IMG/VR virus record: IMGVR_UViG_3300037847_000264
Span: 1-57,627 of that record
Source: a virus
Taxonomy: Duplodnaviria > Caudoviricetes
DNA: 57,627 bases
Direction: 5' to 3' (one strand)
Shown: positions 1 to 10,518 of the stretch, piece after piece
Layout: each line of letters begins with the position of its first letter
Position numbering within the stretch: the first letter of the stretch is position 1
Notes under the pieces: model-generated
Databases searched by the model: none
Seen by the model: the letters and a program-made list of their open reading frames with translations, nothing else
Told to the model about the DNA's origin: nothing
Program-made: the position numbers and the translations under genes

Positions 1-323
1 TTTAAAAATTATGTAAGTAGTTCGGCTGTAGGCACTTCAGAGGTAACAATCTACACCGTACCATCAAGTACTACTGCAGTTATCATTGGTTGTAACATAG
101 CTAATGTAACAAGTAGTCAAATAAGAGTCACTGTAAAAGTTGCAGATACACATGTTGTGAAAGAAGTACCTGTACCTGCAAACTCTGCAATATCTGTTTT
201 AGACGGTAAAATAATTGCAGAAACAACAGACACTGTAAAGGTGACATCTAACACAGCAGCAAGTGCTGATGTAATCGTGAGTGCATTGGAGCAAACATAA
301 TGAGTAAATATATCGGTACTCCT
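1..323. repeat. Direct terminal overlap with 57305-57627 (circular permutation/assembly overlap)
   Basis: 1-323 matches 57305-57627 except 3 substitutions (138 A/G, 153 T/C, 318 A/C); the repeat starts mid-gene. Confidence 0.95.
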
Positions 324-1898
324 GTAGTAAGTCTCGTTACAGACACTGTAGACGTAACAGGAGATATTACAACTACAGATGCTACACCAGAGGTTATCAT
401 AGTAAATGATACACATGAGGATACCGATGGTGGACGTGAAGGTAAAGTCACTTTTAAAGGACAACAATCTGGTGGAGAAGAAACTACGCTTGCACAGATA
501 CAGGCTTCACATGACGGTACATCAGACGATGAAAAAGGCGATCTGATATTCAAAACAAATGACGGTTCTGACGGAGCATCACCTACCACTGCTATGGTTA
601 TAGACTCTGGTCAAAATATTTTGATTGGTAAAACTGATGCTGAAACTACAATTAGTGGTGGCACACCTGCTTTCCAAATAACTGGTGCAGGATTTGATTC
701 TATTTCTTCTCATACAAGAAGAGAAGCCAGTGCTTCTGGTGCAGCTTTAATATTGGCAAAAAGCAGAAACACAACTCCTAATAACTATACTATAGTTCAA
801 GATGGTGATACTTTAGGTTCTATAATATTTATTGGAGATGATGGAACTAACTTAGATACTTATGGCGCATCCATTGCTGCTACAGTTGAGGCTACTCCAG
901 GGGCTAATGATATGCCCACAAGATTAACCTTTTCAACAACTGCTGATGGTGCAGCCTCTCCTACAGAACGTATGCGTATTGCCAATCATGGTAACATTGG
1001 TCTAGGTTATAATTCTGATCCCCAAAGTTTAGTTCACATTCTAAGTGGCAACACAGGTTTTGTAGCATCAAATGGAGCAGGTGTTAACGGTATCCAATTA
1101 TCACGCTCTACTGGTAATAGTGAAAACCTCTACATATATACTAGCAGTGGTGCAGGTTTTAATGCAGGTGGTACTGGTTTTGTAGGACGTATAGAGACCT
1201 ATGGTAATAACGCATTGGAAATAGGCTCACAACAGACTGTGGCGATTGTTTTTGGTACTGGCAATACAGAACGTGCTAGATTTAATGCATCAGATGGAAA
1301 ACTTAAACTAGGAGATGCTAATGATGCTGCACATACCTTTACTAGCTCAAATATATTACAGACTGAGTTTGGTTGTGCATTCGGACACAACCATGTTGTT
1401 TGGGCAACAGGGGCGCATACCTCTGCGTATAATGTACAAGTTTTTAGAAATGGTAATGGTATTGTTGGTCATATTCAAACTTCTGGTTCTGCAACTTCTT
1501 ATCAAACATCATCAGATTACCGTCTTAAAGAAAATGTCGTAGATATTACCGATGGCATTACAAGAGTAAAGCAACTATCACCTAGACGTTTTAACTTTAT
1601 TGCAGACCCAGATACTACAGTAGATGGTTTTATTGCACATGAAGCTCAAACAGTTGTGCCTGAAGCAGTATCAGGAACAAAAGATGGCATGATGGATGAA
1701 GAGTATGAAGTTACTCCTATTGAATTTGATGATGACGGAAGAATAATCAATGATGCAGTTATGGGTACTCGTTCTGTTCCAGATATACAGGGTATTGACC
1801 AAGCCAAGTTAGTACCATTATTAACTGCTGCATTGCAAGAGGCTATAGCCAAGATAGAAACGCTAGAAACAAAAGTAGCGGCACTGGAGGGAGAATAA
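300..1898 (+). CDS. Tail fibre/spike with C-terminal intramolecular chaperone (peptidase S74-type)
   Basis: G/T/S-rich beta repeats, ERMRI motifs, C-terminal SDYRLKENV...GFIAHEAQ...DQAKLVPLL plus coiled coil. Confidence 0.85.
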   Translation: MSKYIGTPVVSLVTDTVDVTGDITTTDATPEVIIVNDTHEDTDGGREGKVTFKGQQSGGEETTLAQIQASHDGTSDDEKGDLIFKTNDGSDGASPTTAMVIDSGQNILIGKTDAETTISGGTPAFQITGAGFDSISSHTRREASASGAALILAKSRNTTPNNYTIVQDGDTLGSIIFIGDDGTNLDTYGASIAATVEATPGANDMPTRLTFSTTADGAASPTERMRIANHGNIGLGYNSDPQSLVHILSGNTGFVASNGAGVNGIQLSRSTGNSENLYIYTSSGAGFNAGGTGFVGRIETYGNNALEIGSQQTVAIVFGTGNTERARFNASDGKLKLGDANDAAHTFTSSNILQTEFGCAFGHNHVVWATGAHTSAYNVQVFRNGNGIVGHIQTSGSATSYQTSSDYRLKENVVDITDGITRVKQLSPRRFNFIADPDTTVDGFIAHEAQTVVPEAVSGTKDGMMDEEYEVTPIEFDDDGRIINDAVMGTRSVPDIQGIDQAKLVPLLTAALQEAIAKIETLETKVAALEGE

Positions 1899-1899
1899 C

Positions 1900-3750
1900 A
1901 TGTCAGGATATATAGGCCCAATACCAGTACCACAGGGTATACAAAACAAAGAAACGTTTACAGCAACTGCAGGGCAGACAACCTTTAACACAAATGGTTA
2001 TACAGATGGTGCGTTTATTAATGTGTATCTCAATGGTGTACGCCTTATAAATGGTACTGACTACACAGCCACAAACGGTAGTGACATTGTGCTTACACAA
2101 GCAGCAGGTGTTAGTGACGTACTGGACTTTGAAACATTCAATGAGTTTAGTCTAGCAAGTCAGCAGTTTGAAAACATTACCCTTAAAAATCCTACCCATG
2201 AAGATACAGACGGTGGTAGAGAAAGTGCTGTATCATTTAAAGGTGAGCAATCAGGTGGTGAGATTAGCACACTGGCTCAGATACAGGCATCACACGATGG
2301 CACATCTGATGATCAGAAGGGTGACTTAATCTTCAAGACCAATGATGGTAGTGACAACGATGCACCTACTGAGCGCATGAGGATAGATAGTGCAGGAACT
2401 ACAAGTATAACTGTAATTGGTAATGAAGATACATTAAATTTAATTAGTACAGATGCAGATGCTTCTTTTGGTCCTGTTTTAAATTTACATAGAAATAGTG
2501 CAAGCCCTGCTAATAGTGATTCCACAGGAAGAATAAATTTTCAAGCTGAAAATGATGCAGATGAAAAAATAACTTATGCACAAATTTTTACTTCCTTACA
2601 AAATGTAGCTGATGGTTCTGAAGATGGAAGGTTTAAACTAGGAACTATGGGCGGTGGTAATTTTAACAGCCGCATTGACATAACTAACACAGAGACAGTT
2701 TTTAATGATGATAGCAAAGACCTAAACTTTCGTGTTGAGTCAGATGGCAATGCTAATGCTTTGTTTGTTGATGCAGGAAATAACGTTGTAGTTATAGGAT
2801 CAGACGTTGCTGAAAACAGACTTAATCAACCTTTAGCTGTAACATCTGCAGGTGCTAGAGGCGGCATAACAATTAATTCGTTTTTTAATTCAGCATCTGG
2901 TCCAATTTTAGATTTCCAAGTGTCACGAAATGATACAGCAGGTTCTCATACTATTGTTCAAACTAATGATGCTTTAGGTACTATTATATTTAGAGGTGAC
3001 GATGGAGATGAGTTTAAAGACGCAGGTGCAATAGAATGTAATGTTGATGCTACTCCAGGCAATGATGATATGTCAGGTCGTTTAAGCTTTTTTACAGCAC
3101 CAGATGGGTCAAGTGGTTTATCAGAAAGGATGCGTCTTTCTAGTGCAGGTGATCTGATGTTTGAACAATTTGACATGTCTAGTGGATGGGGTGTTAATAA
3201 CAGGGCTGCCATACGTCACGGTGCTAATTACAAATTTTGGAGTTCTCGTAATTCTACAACTTCTCGTGGGCATATGATTTTTTATAATCCAAATGGGGCT
3301 GTAGGTTCTATAACTACAGATGGTACTGCAACACTATTTAACACATCTTCAGACTATCGTTTAAAAGAAAACGTAGTAGATATTTCGGATGGTATTACAA
3401 GAGTTAAACAATTAGCTCCTAAACGTTTTAACTTTATTGCAGACGCTAACAAAACAGTAGATGGTTTCTTAGCTCATGAAGCACAATCTGTAGTACCAGA
3501 AGCAATAACTGGCGCACATAACGGATTAAAGGTTTGGCAAGATGATGAAAAATTACCAGACGGTGTTTCTGTTGGCGACAACAAGTTAGATGAGGATGGT
3601 AACACTATTCCAGAATATCAAGGAATTGACCAAGCCAAATTTGTGCCATTGCTAACCGCTGCATTAAAAGAAGCAATCACAAAAATAGAAACACTAGAAA
3701 CAGAAATGACCAGTGTTAAATCGAGACTAGACGCATTGGAGGCAGAATAA
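1900..3750 (+). CDS. Tail fibre/spike with C-terminal intramolecular chaperone (paralogue of 300-1898)
   Basis: N-terminal ATAGQTTF...VYLNGVRL..DYTATNG anchor domain, ERMR motifs, SDYRLKENV chaperone. Confidence 0.85.
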   Translation: MSGYIGPIPVPQGIQNKETFTATAGQTTFNTNGYTDGAFINVYLNGVRLINGTDYTATNGSDIVLTQAAGVSDVLDFETFNEFSLASQQFENITLKNPTHEDTDGGRESAVSFKGEQSGGEISTLAQIQASHDGTSDDQKGDLIFKTNDGSDNDAPTERMRIDSAGTTSITVIGNEDTLNLISTDADASFGPVLNLHRNSASPANSDSTGRINFQAENDADEKITYAQIFTSLQNVADGSEDGRFKLGTMGGGNFNSRIDITNTETVFNDDSKDLNFRVESDGNANALFVDAGNNVVVIGSDVAENRLNQPLAVTSAGARGGITINSFFNSASGPILDFQVSRNDTAGSHTIVQTNDALGTIIFRGDDGDEFKDAGAIECNVDATPGNDDMSGRLSFFTAPDGSSGLSERMRLSSAGDLMFEQFDMSSGWGVNNRAAIRHGANYKFWSSRNSTTSRGHMIFYNPNGAVGSITTDGTATLFNTSSDYRLKENVVDISDGITRVKQLAPKRFNFIADANKTVDGFLAHEAQSVVPEAITGAHNGLKVWQDDEKLPDGVSVGDNKLDEDGNTIPEYQGIDQAKFVPLLTAALKEAITKIETLETEMTSVKSRLDALEAE

Positions 3751-4865
3751 TGACTAGAGCAAGAGAACTAGCTGAACTAGGTTCGGTGTATGATAATAGT
3801 GCGTTGTCGAACAGGAACCTCATAATTAATGGCGCACAGAATATTCATCAAAGAGGGAATCAAACTGGTTTAACTGCTAGTGCTTATGGAACAGATAGGT
3901 TTGAATTTACTATACAGGGGAGAGATGAATTAGTTTATAATCTTGCACAAAATACTGATGTGCCATCTGGTTATGGGTTTGCTAATAGTCTTAGCTATCA
4001 AACAACAACTCCTGAAAGTGCTATTGCAGCAAACGAATATGCTTTTATAAGTCAAAAAATCGAAGCACAAAATTTACAACACCTAGCTTATGGTACAAGT
4101 AGCGCAAAAAAACTAACAGCTTCTTTCTGGGTAAAGTCTAGTGTAACAGGAACTTTTTGTCTTGGATTGTATAAAGATGATAGTACAACACAAGTTCATA
4201 ACAAAACATACACAATTAGTTCTGCTTCAACGTGGGAGCATAAAACTATAACCTTTGAAGCTAATACTTTAAGTGGAGGAGCTATAGCTGACGATAATGG
4301 TCTTGGTCTTTACGTAACTTGGCATTTAGCCGCTGGAAGTGATTATGATTCAGGTTCTTCAACATCATCTGGTTGGGCAACTGCTGCTGCTAATAATTGG
4401 TGTGAACCTAGTACAACAGATGCTGTTATAACAACTACAAATGCTACTTTTCTTTTAACAGGCGTTCAGTTGGAAATAGGCGACACTGCCACACCCTTTG
4501 AGCATAGAAGCTATGGTGATGAGCTTATAAGGTGTCAGAGGTATTTTTGTAAAATAGAAAACACTACAGGTTCAGGACAATATTTTAGTATGTTGCAAGC
4601 CTATGGCAATAATGTATTCGGTGTTCTAGCAGATTATCCTGTAACTATGAGAACTACACCTGCTGCTGCACAAAGTGGAACTTTTGGTGCATATATTGCA
4701 GATTCTGCTAATGCTTCTCTGTCTAATACCATAGGTTCTTTAGTACCAACATCAAGGTCATGGACATCACAAGGTTGGGGAGCTAGTTCAAGTTTGGCCG
4801 CAGGGGATGCTTCTGTAACATTCTGGAATAGTGGTGCATTTCTAACAGCCGATGCGGAGTTATAA
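3750..4865 (+). CDS. Tail fibre-associated protein with carbohydrate-binding-like domain
   Basis: MTRARELA start, NRNLIING..I.QRG, TGVQLEIG..ATPFEHRSYGDEL.RCQRYF motifs typical of phage fibre modules. Confidence 0.7.
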   Translation: MTRARELAELGSVYDNSALSNRNLIINGAQNIHQRGNQTGLTASAYGTDRFEFTIQGRDELVYNLAQNTDVPSGYGFANSLSYQTTTPESAIAANEYAFISQKIEAQNLQHLAYGTSSAKKLTASFWVKSSVTGTFCLGLYKDDSTTQVHNKTYTISSASTWEHKTITFEANTLSGGAIADDNGLGLYVTWHLAAGSDYDSGSSTSSGWATAAANNWCEPSTTDAVITTTNATFLLTGVQLEIGDTATPFEHRSYGDELIRCQRYFCKIENTTGSGQYFSMLQAYGNNVFGVLADYPVTMRTTPAAAQSGTFGAYIADSANASLSNTIGSLVPTSRSWTSQGWGASSSLAAGDASVTFWNSGAFLTADAEL

Positions 4866-4867
4866 AA

Positions 4868-5044
4868 ATGAATATAGAGTCAGCAAAATATATTGAAGAT
4901 ATAAACAATAACAAAGTAGCGGTATCTGTTGTCATAGACGGAGAAACACTATCTGTTCCATTAAATGTAGAAGATAACCGACACTGGGTAGCTATTCAAA
5001 AATGGGTGGCTGAAGACGGTGGCGAAATACAAGCTGCCGATTAG
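4868..5044 (+). CDS. Small fibre-assembly-like protein (58 aa, not in ORF track)
   Basis: MNIESAKYIED...SVPLNVEDNRHWVAIQKWVAEDGGEIQAAD; fills gap directly after fibre gene. Confidence 0.7.
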   Translation: MNIESAKYIEDINNNKVAVSVVIDGETLSVPLNVEDNRHWVAIQKWVAEDGGEIQAAD

Positions 5045-5063
5045 TAAACTTTAACAAAGGAGA

Positions 5064-5288
5064 ATGACAATGGGAAAAAATGAAAAAACCCCTATCGTTA
5101 TAAACGACAAAGAATATTTAGTAGAAGACTTAACACAAGAGCAACAGGCTATGGTTAATCATGTAGCAGACTTAGATCGTAAATTATCTAGTGCTAAATT
5201 TAACCTAGACCAGTTAACTGTAGGACGTCAAGCATTTGTTGACATGCTAACAAAGTCTTTGGATACACCAGAAGAGAAAGCTGCATAA
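5064..5288 (+). CDS. Hypothetical protein (74 aa)
   Basis: AAGGAG RBS; coupled to next gene. Confidence 0.7.
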   Translation: MTMGKNEKTPIVINDKEYLVEDLTQEQQAMVNHVADLDRKLSSAKFNLDQLTVGRQAFVDMLTKSLDTPEEKAA

Positions 5289-5470
5289 TGAAACTTGAGC
5301 AAGTCATTGGTGTAATTGCACTAGGTCTATTAAGTTGGGGTTCACTCCAGATATACCAGATCAATGCCAAAGTCTTGCTCATGTCGTACAAAGTAGATGA
5401 GAATCATAAAATGATCAAACCCATGTGGGAAGACTTCTTGATTCGTAACTCACAGGTAGCAAAAAAATAA
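5288..5470 (+). CDS. Small membrane protein
   Basis: N-terminal hydrophobic helix; TAATG coupling on both sides. Confidence 0.6.
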   Translation: MKLEQVIGVIALGLLSWGSLQIYQINAKVLLMSYKVDENHKMIKPMWEDFLIRNSQVAKK

Positions 5471-5832
5471 TGGAAAACATGAAACTTCCTATAGCCCTTG
5501 TTATGGCAATGGCTGTACAACTTGCAGGTGGTGTCTGGTGGGTATCTCAACAGGCAGCTACAATAGAATCACTAGAAGAAAATGTAGAACAGTTTGCTAG
5601 TCGCATGGCTGTAGAAGACACTGTAAATCTTAAACGTGATGTACAGGAAGGTAAGTCTGACATAGCAGAACTATGGGAAGACAGTGATGAACTATGGGAA
5701 GAGATGGCAGCTATGCTTGCTTCCTTCAATTCCATTAATGAATTAAAACAAAGAATAGCTTTACTGGAAACAGAATTAAAATACATGAATCGTGAACATA
5801 ATAGAATGATAATGAATGACGATGGAATGTAG
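5470..5832 (+). CDS. Membrane-anchored coiled-coil protein
   Basis: N-terminal TM segment followed by heptad-rich acidic helix. Confidence 0.65.
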   Translation: MENMKLPIALVMAMAVQLAGGVWWVSQQAATIESLEENVEQFASRMAVEDTVNLKRDVQEGKSDIAELWEDSDELWEEMAAMLASFNSINELKQRIALLETELKYMNREHNRMIMNDDGM

Positions 5833-5834
5833 AC

Positions 5835-6311
5835 ATGATAGATCCTGCCAGTGCGATTGCTATTGCAACTACGGCCTTCTCTGGAATTAAGAAAGCTGTA
5901 GCTGCTGGTAAAGAAATATCAGAGCTAGGTAAAGACATATCCTCTTTTGGTAGGGCTGTATCTGACCTAGACTATATGGGAAACAAAGCTAAAGATCCAC
6001 CACTATGGAGAAAGCTTGACCCTAAGTTTGATACCTCTGCTATAGAGATATGGGCAGCGCAGCAAAAAGCCAAAGAGATGCGTGAGGAATTGAGACAACA
6101 CATTAGTCTCTACTACGGACCTTCAGCTTGGGAAAGTATTGTACAGATAGAAGCTGAACAACGAAGAATGCAGAAAGAAGCTGTATACCGTAGACAAGAA
6201 AAAATAGATAATCTTATAAACGTTACTATTGGAATTGTTATGGTGCTTACTGGCTTTATTATATTCGGTGCAGTAATATACTTTATAGGTAAACACCGAG
6301 GTACTTGGTAA
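5835..6311 (+). CDS. Membrane protein with C-terminal TM helix
   Basis: MIDPASAIAIAT start, coiled coil, C-terminal hydrophobic helix. Confidence 0.65.
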   Translation: MIDPASAIAIATTAFSGIKKAVAAGKEISELGKDISSFGRAVSDLDYMGNKAKDPPLWRKLDPKFDTSAIEIWAAQQKAKEMREELRQHISLYYGPSAWESIVQIEAEQRRMQKEAVYRRQEKIDNLINVTIGIVMVLTGFIIFGAVIYFIGKHRGTW

Positions 6312-6323
6312 TAGGAAATAAGC

Positions 6324-8198
6324 ATGGAACAAAATAAAGCACAAAGAGATTTAGAATTAGATGCTATGTATAACATGGCAAGTAAGTTTATGAATTACGA
6401 AGGTCCAAGAACTCGTAAGGCTATGCTTGAGTTTGCTAATTCTAGTCCTGCTATTGCCGCTAAGATGGGTCAGTATCAACAAACCATGAAAGGTATGTTG
6501 CAAAAGAAACCTGTAGGTATGGCTGCTGGTGGTTTTAGTTATGATAAAGATGTTGTTCCTAAGTTTGGTGATACTGTTAGTGCTACAATGGCAGCTACAG
6601 ATCCTAAAGATACTCAGGCTACAATAACAGAAGATCCCGATCAAATAATAGCAGATACAGCAGGTCAAGTTACTGGTACTGATCCTAGCTATACAGCTGG
6701 ACAAGGTACAGCATCAACAGCACAAGCTGCTGGTCAACCAGGCGCAGCTACTATGCAAGCTGCTCAATCAGCTCCAGGAGTTTCTCAAGCAGTCGGTGCA
6801 ATGAATGCTGCACAATATCAAACTCAAGTAAGTCCAGCAGCTCAGGTTCAAGCAGCACAAGCAAATCAATCATCTGTTAGCGGATTACAAGCAGCTCAGG
6901 GTGCTGCAACTATGATGAACAACCCTGTTCAAAGACAGATACAAAGTGGTGAACTTATATCTGGTGCTGCAGATGCAGCTAAAGCTGCTGCTTTTACTGA
7001 ACAGATACAAGCAGCTTCAGCAACTCCTTCCCAACAAGCTACAGTACAAGGTCAACTAGATGGGTTGATGCAAGACTTCCAAGGAGGTAAGACACCTGCT
7101 TGGGCTGCTGGTGCTATGAGAGCAGCTACCAGTGCTATGGCTGCTCGTGGATTAGGAGCTTCATCTTTAGCTGGACAAGCTGTCGTACAAGCTGCAATGG
7201 AAGCTGCATTACCTATAGCTCAAGCTGACGCAGCGACACAAGCAAGATTTGAATCTCAGAACTTGTCAAACCGTCAACAACGTGCTATGCTTGCTGCACA
7301 ACAACGTGCTGAGTTTATGGGTCAAGAGTTTGATCAAGCATTTCAATCTCGTGTTGCCAACGCTTCAAAGATTAGTGACATAGCTAACATGAATTTTACT
7401 GCTGAACAACAGGTAGCTCTAGAAAACTCTCGTGCAGCAAACACAATGAATCTTGCTAACCTAAACAATAATCAAGCTATGGTTATGGCAGAGGCTAGTG
7501 CGTTAGCTAATATGGATATGGCTAACCTTAGTAATAGGCAACAGGCTGCTGTTAAAAATGCACAGGCATTTCTAGAGACAGATTTTAGAAACATGGATCG
7601 TATGCAGCAGATAGATACATTTAAAACACAACAAAAAGTTGCTGCACTTTTTACTGACCAAGCTGCAGAAAATGCTGGAAGACAGTTTAATGCATCTAGT
7701 GAAAACCAAGTCAATCAATTTTTTGCTAATCTAGAAACTCAAACAGCACAGTTTAATTCTGCACAGAAAAATGCAATGGAACAATTTAATGTTAGTGCAG
7801 AAGATGCATCTCAACAGTTTAACCAAGAAATGAAAAACCAAAGACAACAGTTTAACGCTAAGAATGGTTTAGTTATCGCACAAGCAAATGCTCAGTGGAG
7901 ACAGAATATAGCTACAATTAATAATGCTGTAGAAAATGAAAACAATATGGAATACGCCAAGACTATGAACAATCTTACTACTAAGAACATAGACGCAGTA
8001 TGGCAACGTGAGCGTGACCTAATGAGCTACAATGTTTCTTCAGAAGAGTCTGCTAAAAATAGAGCATTAGAATTAATAAAAGCTGATATGGATCTTCAAG
8101 CCTTACAACAAAAGATTGGTTACAATAATGATGCAGCTAAAACAGAACTAGCATTTAGATTTTTATTTGGAAGTTCTTTTGGTGGACTATTTTCATAA
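6324..8198 (+). CDS. Q/A/N-rich internal virion (ejection) protein
   Basis: Long Ala/Gln-rich helical protein with QFNA repeats, located after tail genes. Confidence 0.6.
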   Translation: MEQNKAQRDLELDAMYNMASKFMNYEGPRTRKAMLEFANSSPAIAAKMGQYQQTMKGMLQKKPVGMAAGGFSYDKDVVPKFGDTVSATMAATDPKDTQATITEDPDQIIADTAGQVTGTDPSYTAGQGTASTAQAAGQPGAATMQAAQSAPGVSQAVGAMNAAQYQTQVSPAAQVQAAQANQSSVSGLQAAQGAATMMNNPVQRQIQSGELISGAADAAKAAAFTEQIQAASATPSQQATVQGQLDGLMQDFQGGKTPAWAAGAMRAATSAMAARGLGASSLAGQAVVQAAMEAALPIAQADAATQARFESQNLSNRQQRAMLAAQQRAEFMGQEFDQAFQSRVANASKISDIANMNFTAEQQVALENSRAANTMNLANLNNNQAMVMAEASALANMDMANLSNRQQAAVKNAQAFLETDFRNMDRMQQIDTFKTQQKVAALFTDQAAENAGRQFNASSENQVNQFFANLETQTAQFNSAQKNAMEQFNVSAEDASQQFNQEMKNQRQQFNAKNGLVIAQANAQWRQNIATINNAVENENNMEYAKTMNNLTTKNIDAVWQRERDLMSYNVSSEESAKNRALELIKADMDLQALQQKIGYNNDAAKTELAFRFLFGSSFGGLFS

Positions 8199-8207
8199 GG
8201 GTAAATA

Positions 8208-8981
8208 ATGTTTTACAAAGACGCAACTTTAAAATTTAGAAAGATGATAGAGCAGGGTGCATCTGGCACAGAGCTTACCGATCAATTACTATCAGATATT
8301 AAACGTACAAGTGGATTAGCATCGAGGTATTCTCAAGGTATGGATATAGAAGAGCCTGTAGTAGATCTTGAAACACAGATTCGTGGTCGTTATGAACAAG
8401 AGTTTAAAGAAAGTGCTGACTATTTAGCAGCTAAAGAACGTATGTTAGCTTCTTTAAATATGCCAAAAGATGGTGATGAGACTCCTGTAGTACCACAACC
8501 AAAACTTAATAAAGGATTGGGCAGTCGTATAGAAAAAACTGAAGATCAGTCAATAGCAGAGTTTATTGCTTCTTTCGAATTGTCTGAACAAAAAGAAACT
8601 TATGAAGCTTATTGGGATGAAAAACAATACTCAATAGGTTTTGGTACAAAAGCTAAAAGTAAAGATGAAGTAATTACTCATGAAGAAGCTTTATCTAGAT
8701 TAGAAGCTGCAACCCAAGAAGCAAAAGAAGATGTTCTGGAGATTGCAGAAAAGTTTGGATATGATTTTAATGATGATCAAATCAAAGCTCTTACAAGTTT
8801 TACATATAACTTAGGCAGAACAAACTTATTAAGGCTAACTGAAAATGGTACAAGAGGTACTGAAGAAATTGCTGATATGATTCTTGAGTATGACAAGGTT
8901 GGTAATACAGTTAGGCCAGGATTAACAGAACGTAGAAAAGCTGAGTACGAACTTTTTTCAGCAGGTTCAATAGCCGACTAA
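8208..8981 (+). CDS. Virion-associated lysozyme (GH24-like C-terminal domain)
   Basis: FIASFE...YWD..QYSIGFGT...ALTSFTYNLG...GLTERRKAEYELF. Confidence 0.75.
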   Translation: MFYKDATLKFRKMIEQGASGTELTDQLLSDIKRTSGLASRYSQGMDIEEPVVDLETQIRGRYEQEFKESADYLAAKERMLASLNMPKDGDETPVVPQPKLNKGLGSRIEKTEDQSIAEFIASFELSEQKETYEAYWDEKQYSIGFGTKAKSKDEVITHEEALSRLEAATQEAKEDVLEIAEKFGYDFNDDQIKALTSFTYNLGRTNLLRLTENGTRGTEEIADMILEYDKVGNTVRPGLTERRKAEYELFSAGSIAD

Positions 8982-8992
8982 GGAAATAATAA

Positions 8993-9508
8993 ATGTATAA
9001 TGCACCAATTCCAGGAGAGTCTTTAACGGTAGAACCAAAGAGTATGCCGTATGAAAGACCGCCAGAAATATCAGATCCTATAAAAGCTTTAGATGTACAC
9101 ATTGATAACCTATCAAATCCTACAGCTATGGAAGATGTACTATTCTTTTTAGAAATGGGTACACCTCTAACCAATTTGACAGAGGGTATTCTTAGAAGTG
9201 CAGTTATGGAAGGTATACACAGTGTTGATATAAGTCTTATTATTGCACCTGTTGTACATGAATTTATTCGTAAACATGCCATTGCAGCTGACTTAGATTT
9301 TGATGAGGGTTTTGATACTTCAAGACAAGATGAAGCTATACAGTATGAACGTGATACTATGAGAGCTAAAAATATGTTGCGTAAATTAAGGGAACAAGAG
9401 GGTACTGAAGAAGAACCACCTATGATGATGGCACAACCACAAGAAGAAGCAATGCCTGAAGAGCCTCCAAAAGAAGAAGCTCCTAAAGGTTTAATGGCGA
9501 GGGTATAA
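8993..9508 (+). CDS. Putative virion protein
   Basis: APIPGESLT.EPK..PYERPP N-terminus; operon context. Confidence 0.6.
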   Translation: MYNAPIPGESLTVEPKSMPYERPPEISDPIKALDVHIDNLSNPTAMEDVLFFLEMGTPLTNLTEGILRSAVMEGIHSVDISLIIAPVVHEFIRKHAIAADLDFDEGFDTSRQDEAIQYERDTMRAKNMLRKLREQEGTEEEPPMMMAQPQEEAMPEEPPKEEAPKGLMARV

Positions 9509-9510
9509 CA

Positions 9511-10518
9511 ATGGCATTTAGTTGGGTTGGTTTTAAAAACTACGTAGATTGGGCAGATGAAAAACAAGCCGAAGAACAAAAGAGGATGGACGACAAAGAA
9601 GCCTTAATATTTAGCATAGCTGGGAAGTATGGTGTAGACTTCTTAAATGGTGGTGCTAACACTACATTAGCAGGAGCTTCTGCAACTACAGAAGGTTTTA
9701 ATCAGGCTGCTAGTAGTAAAAGTGGTATTGCGGTTAAGGTTTTACAAGACAAATATAACATAAGTGATGATGTTCTTGTGCCTATAATTGCTAGTGGTGA
9801 TAAAGAAGGGCCAGCTAAATTATTAGCTCAATTAGAAAAACAAAGAATTGAGTATGAAAAAAGAAAAATGCAAATACCTGAGTCTGTTATTGCTCAAATT
9901 GCAGAAAGTGCTATAACAACTCAACCATCTGGAAAGAAAATAAACTTTGACAAGATGGAAGAGTACATAGGCCGTGAGATGGACTCATTGTATAAAGCAA
10001 TTTTAACAGCTCAAAGCACAAAAGCAGGTGAGGTTTTTGTACCAGAGGCAGCTTTTGCCCCGAATCCTGATCAAGATGATTTAGATAGATTTGAAAAACG
10101 TGCGCTTAGTTTTAATGTATCTCGTGCGGCAAATGAGATTAGTTTACTAAACAAACAATTAACTACACTTCAACAACTTCAAGAGTCACAAAACTTAAGT
10201 GTACAAAAACAAGCTGAATTAAGTTGGATTACCGACAGATTAGTAGAAGTAAAAGATAAGCTTGAATCTTATGAAAAAGGTAATATTGTACCTATTGCAG
10301 GTTTATATGGTACTTTATATTTTGATCAGTTACTAGAAGCTTATCCTAGTTTTAAAGGTGTGCCACTTAACCCTGCACTTTTAAACGAATCTAAAGCAAA
10401 TCAAATTACTGTACCTAGCAGAGCTGTAGCAGAAAGCTTGGCAAGAGCAGGTATACTTAAAGTTGGTGACGTAGTAATAAACTTAGAGACAAACAAAAAA
10501 ATTAAAATTGGTGGATAA
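9511..10518 (+). CDS. Putative internal virion protein
   Basis: 335-aa helical ORF in ejection-protein block. Confidence 0.55.
   Translation: MAFSWVGFKNYVDWADEKQAEEQKRMDDKEALIFSIAGKYGVDFLNGGANTTLAGASATTEGFNQAASSKSGIAVKVLQDKYNISDDVLVPIIASGDKEGPAKLLAQLEKQRIEYEKRKMQIPESVIAQIAESAITTQPSGKKINFDKMEEYIGREMDSLYKAILTAQSTKAGEVFVPEAAFAPNPDQDDLDRFEKRALSFNVSRAANEISLLNKQLTTLQQLQESQNLSVQKQAELSWITDRLVEVKDKLESYEKGNIVPIAGLYGTLYFDQLLEAYPSFKGVPLNPALLNESKANQITVPSRAVAESLARAGILKVGDVVINLETNKKIKIGG

Noticed and set aside
300-3750. Possible diversity-generating retroelement (repeated fibre segments)
   Set aside because: No reverse transcriptase gene; differences between repeats are synonymous and not adenine-specific
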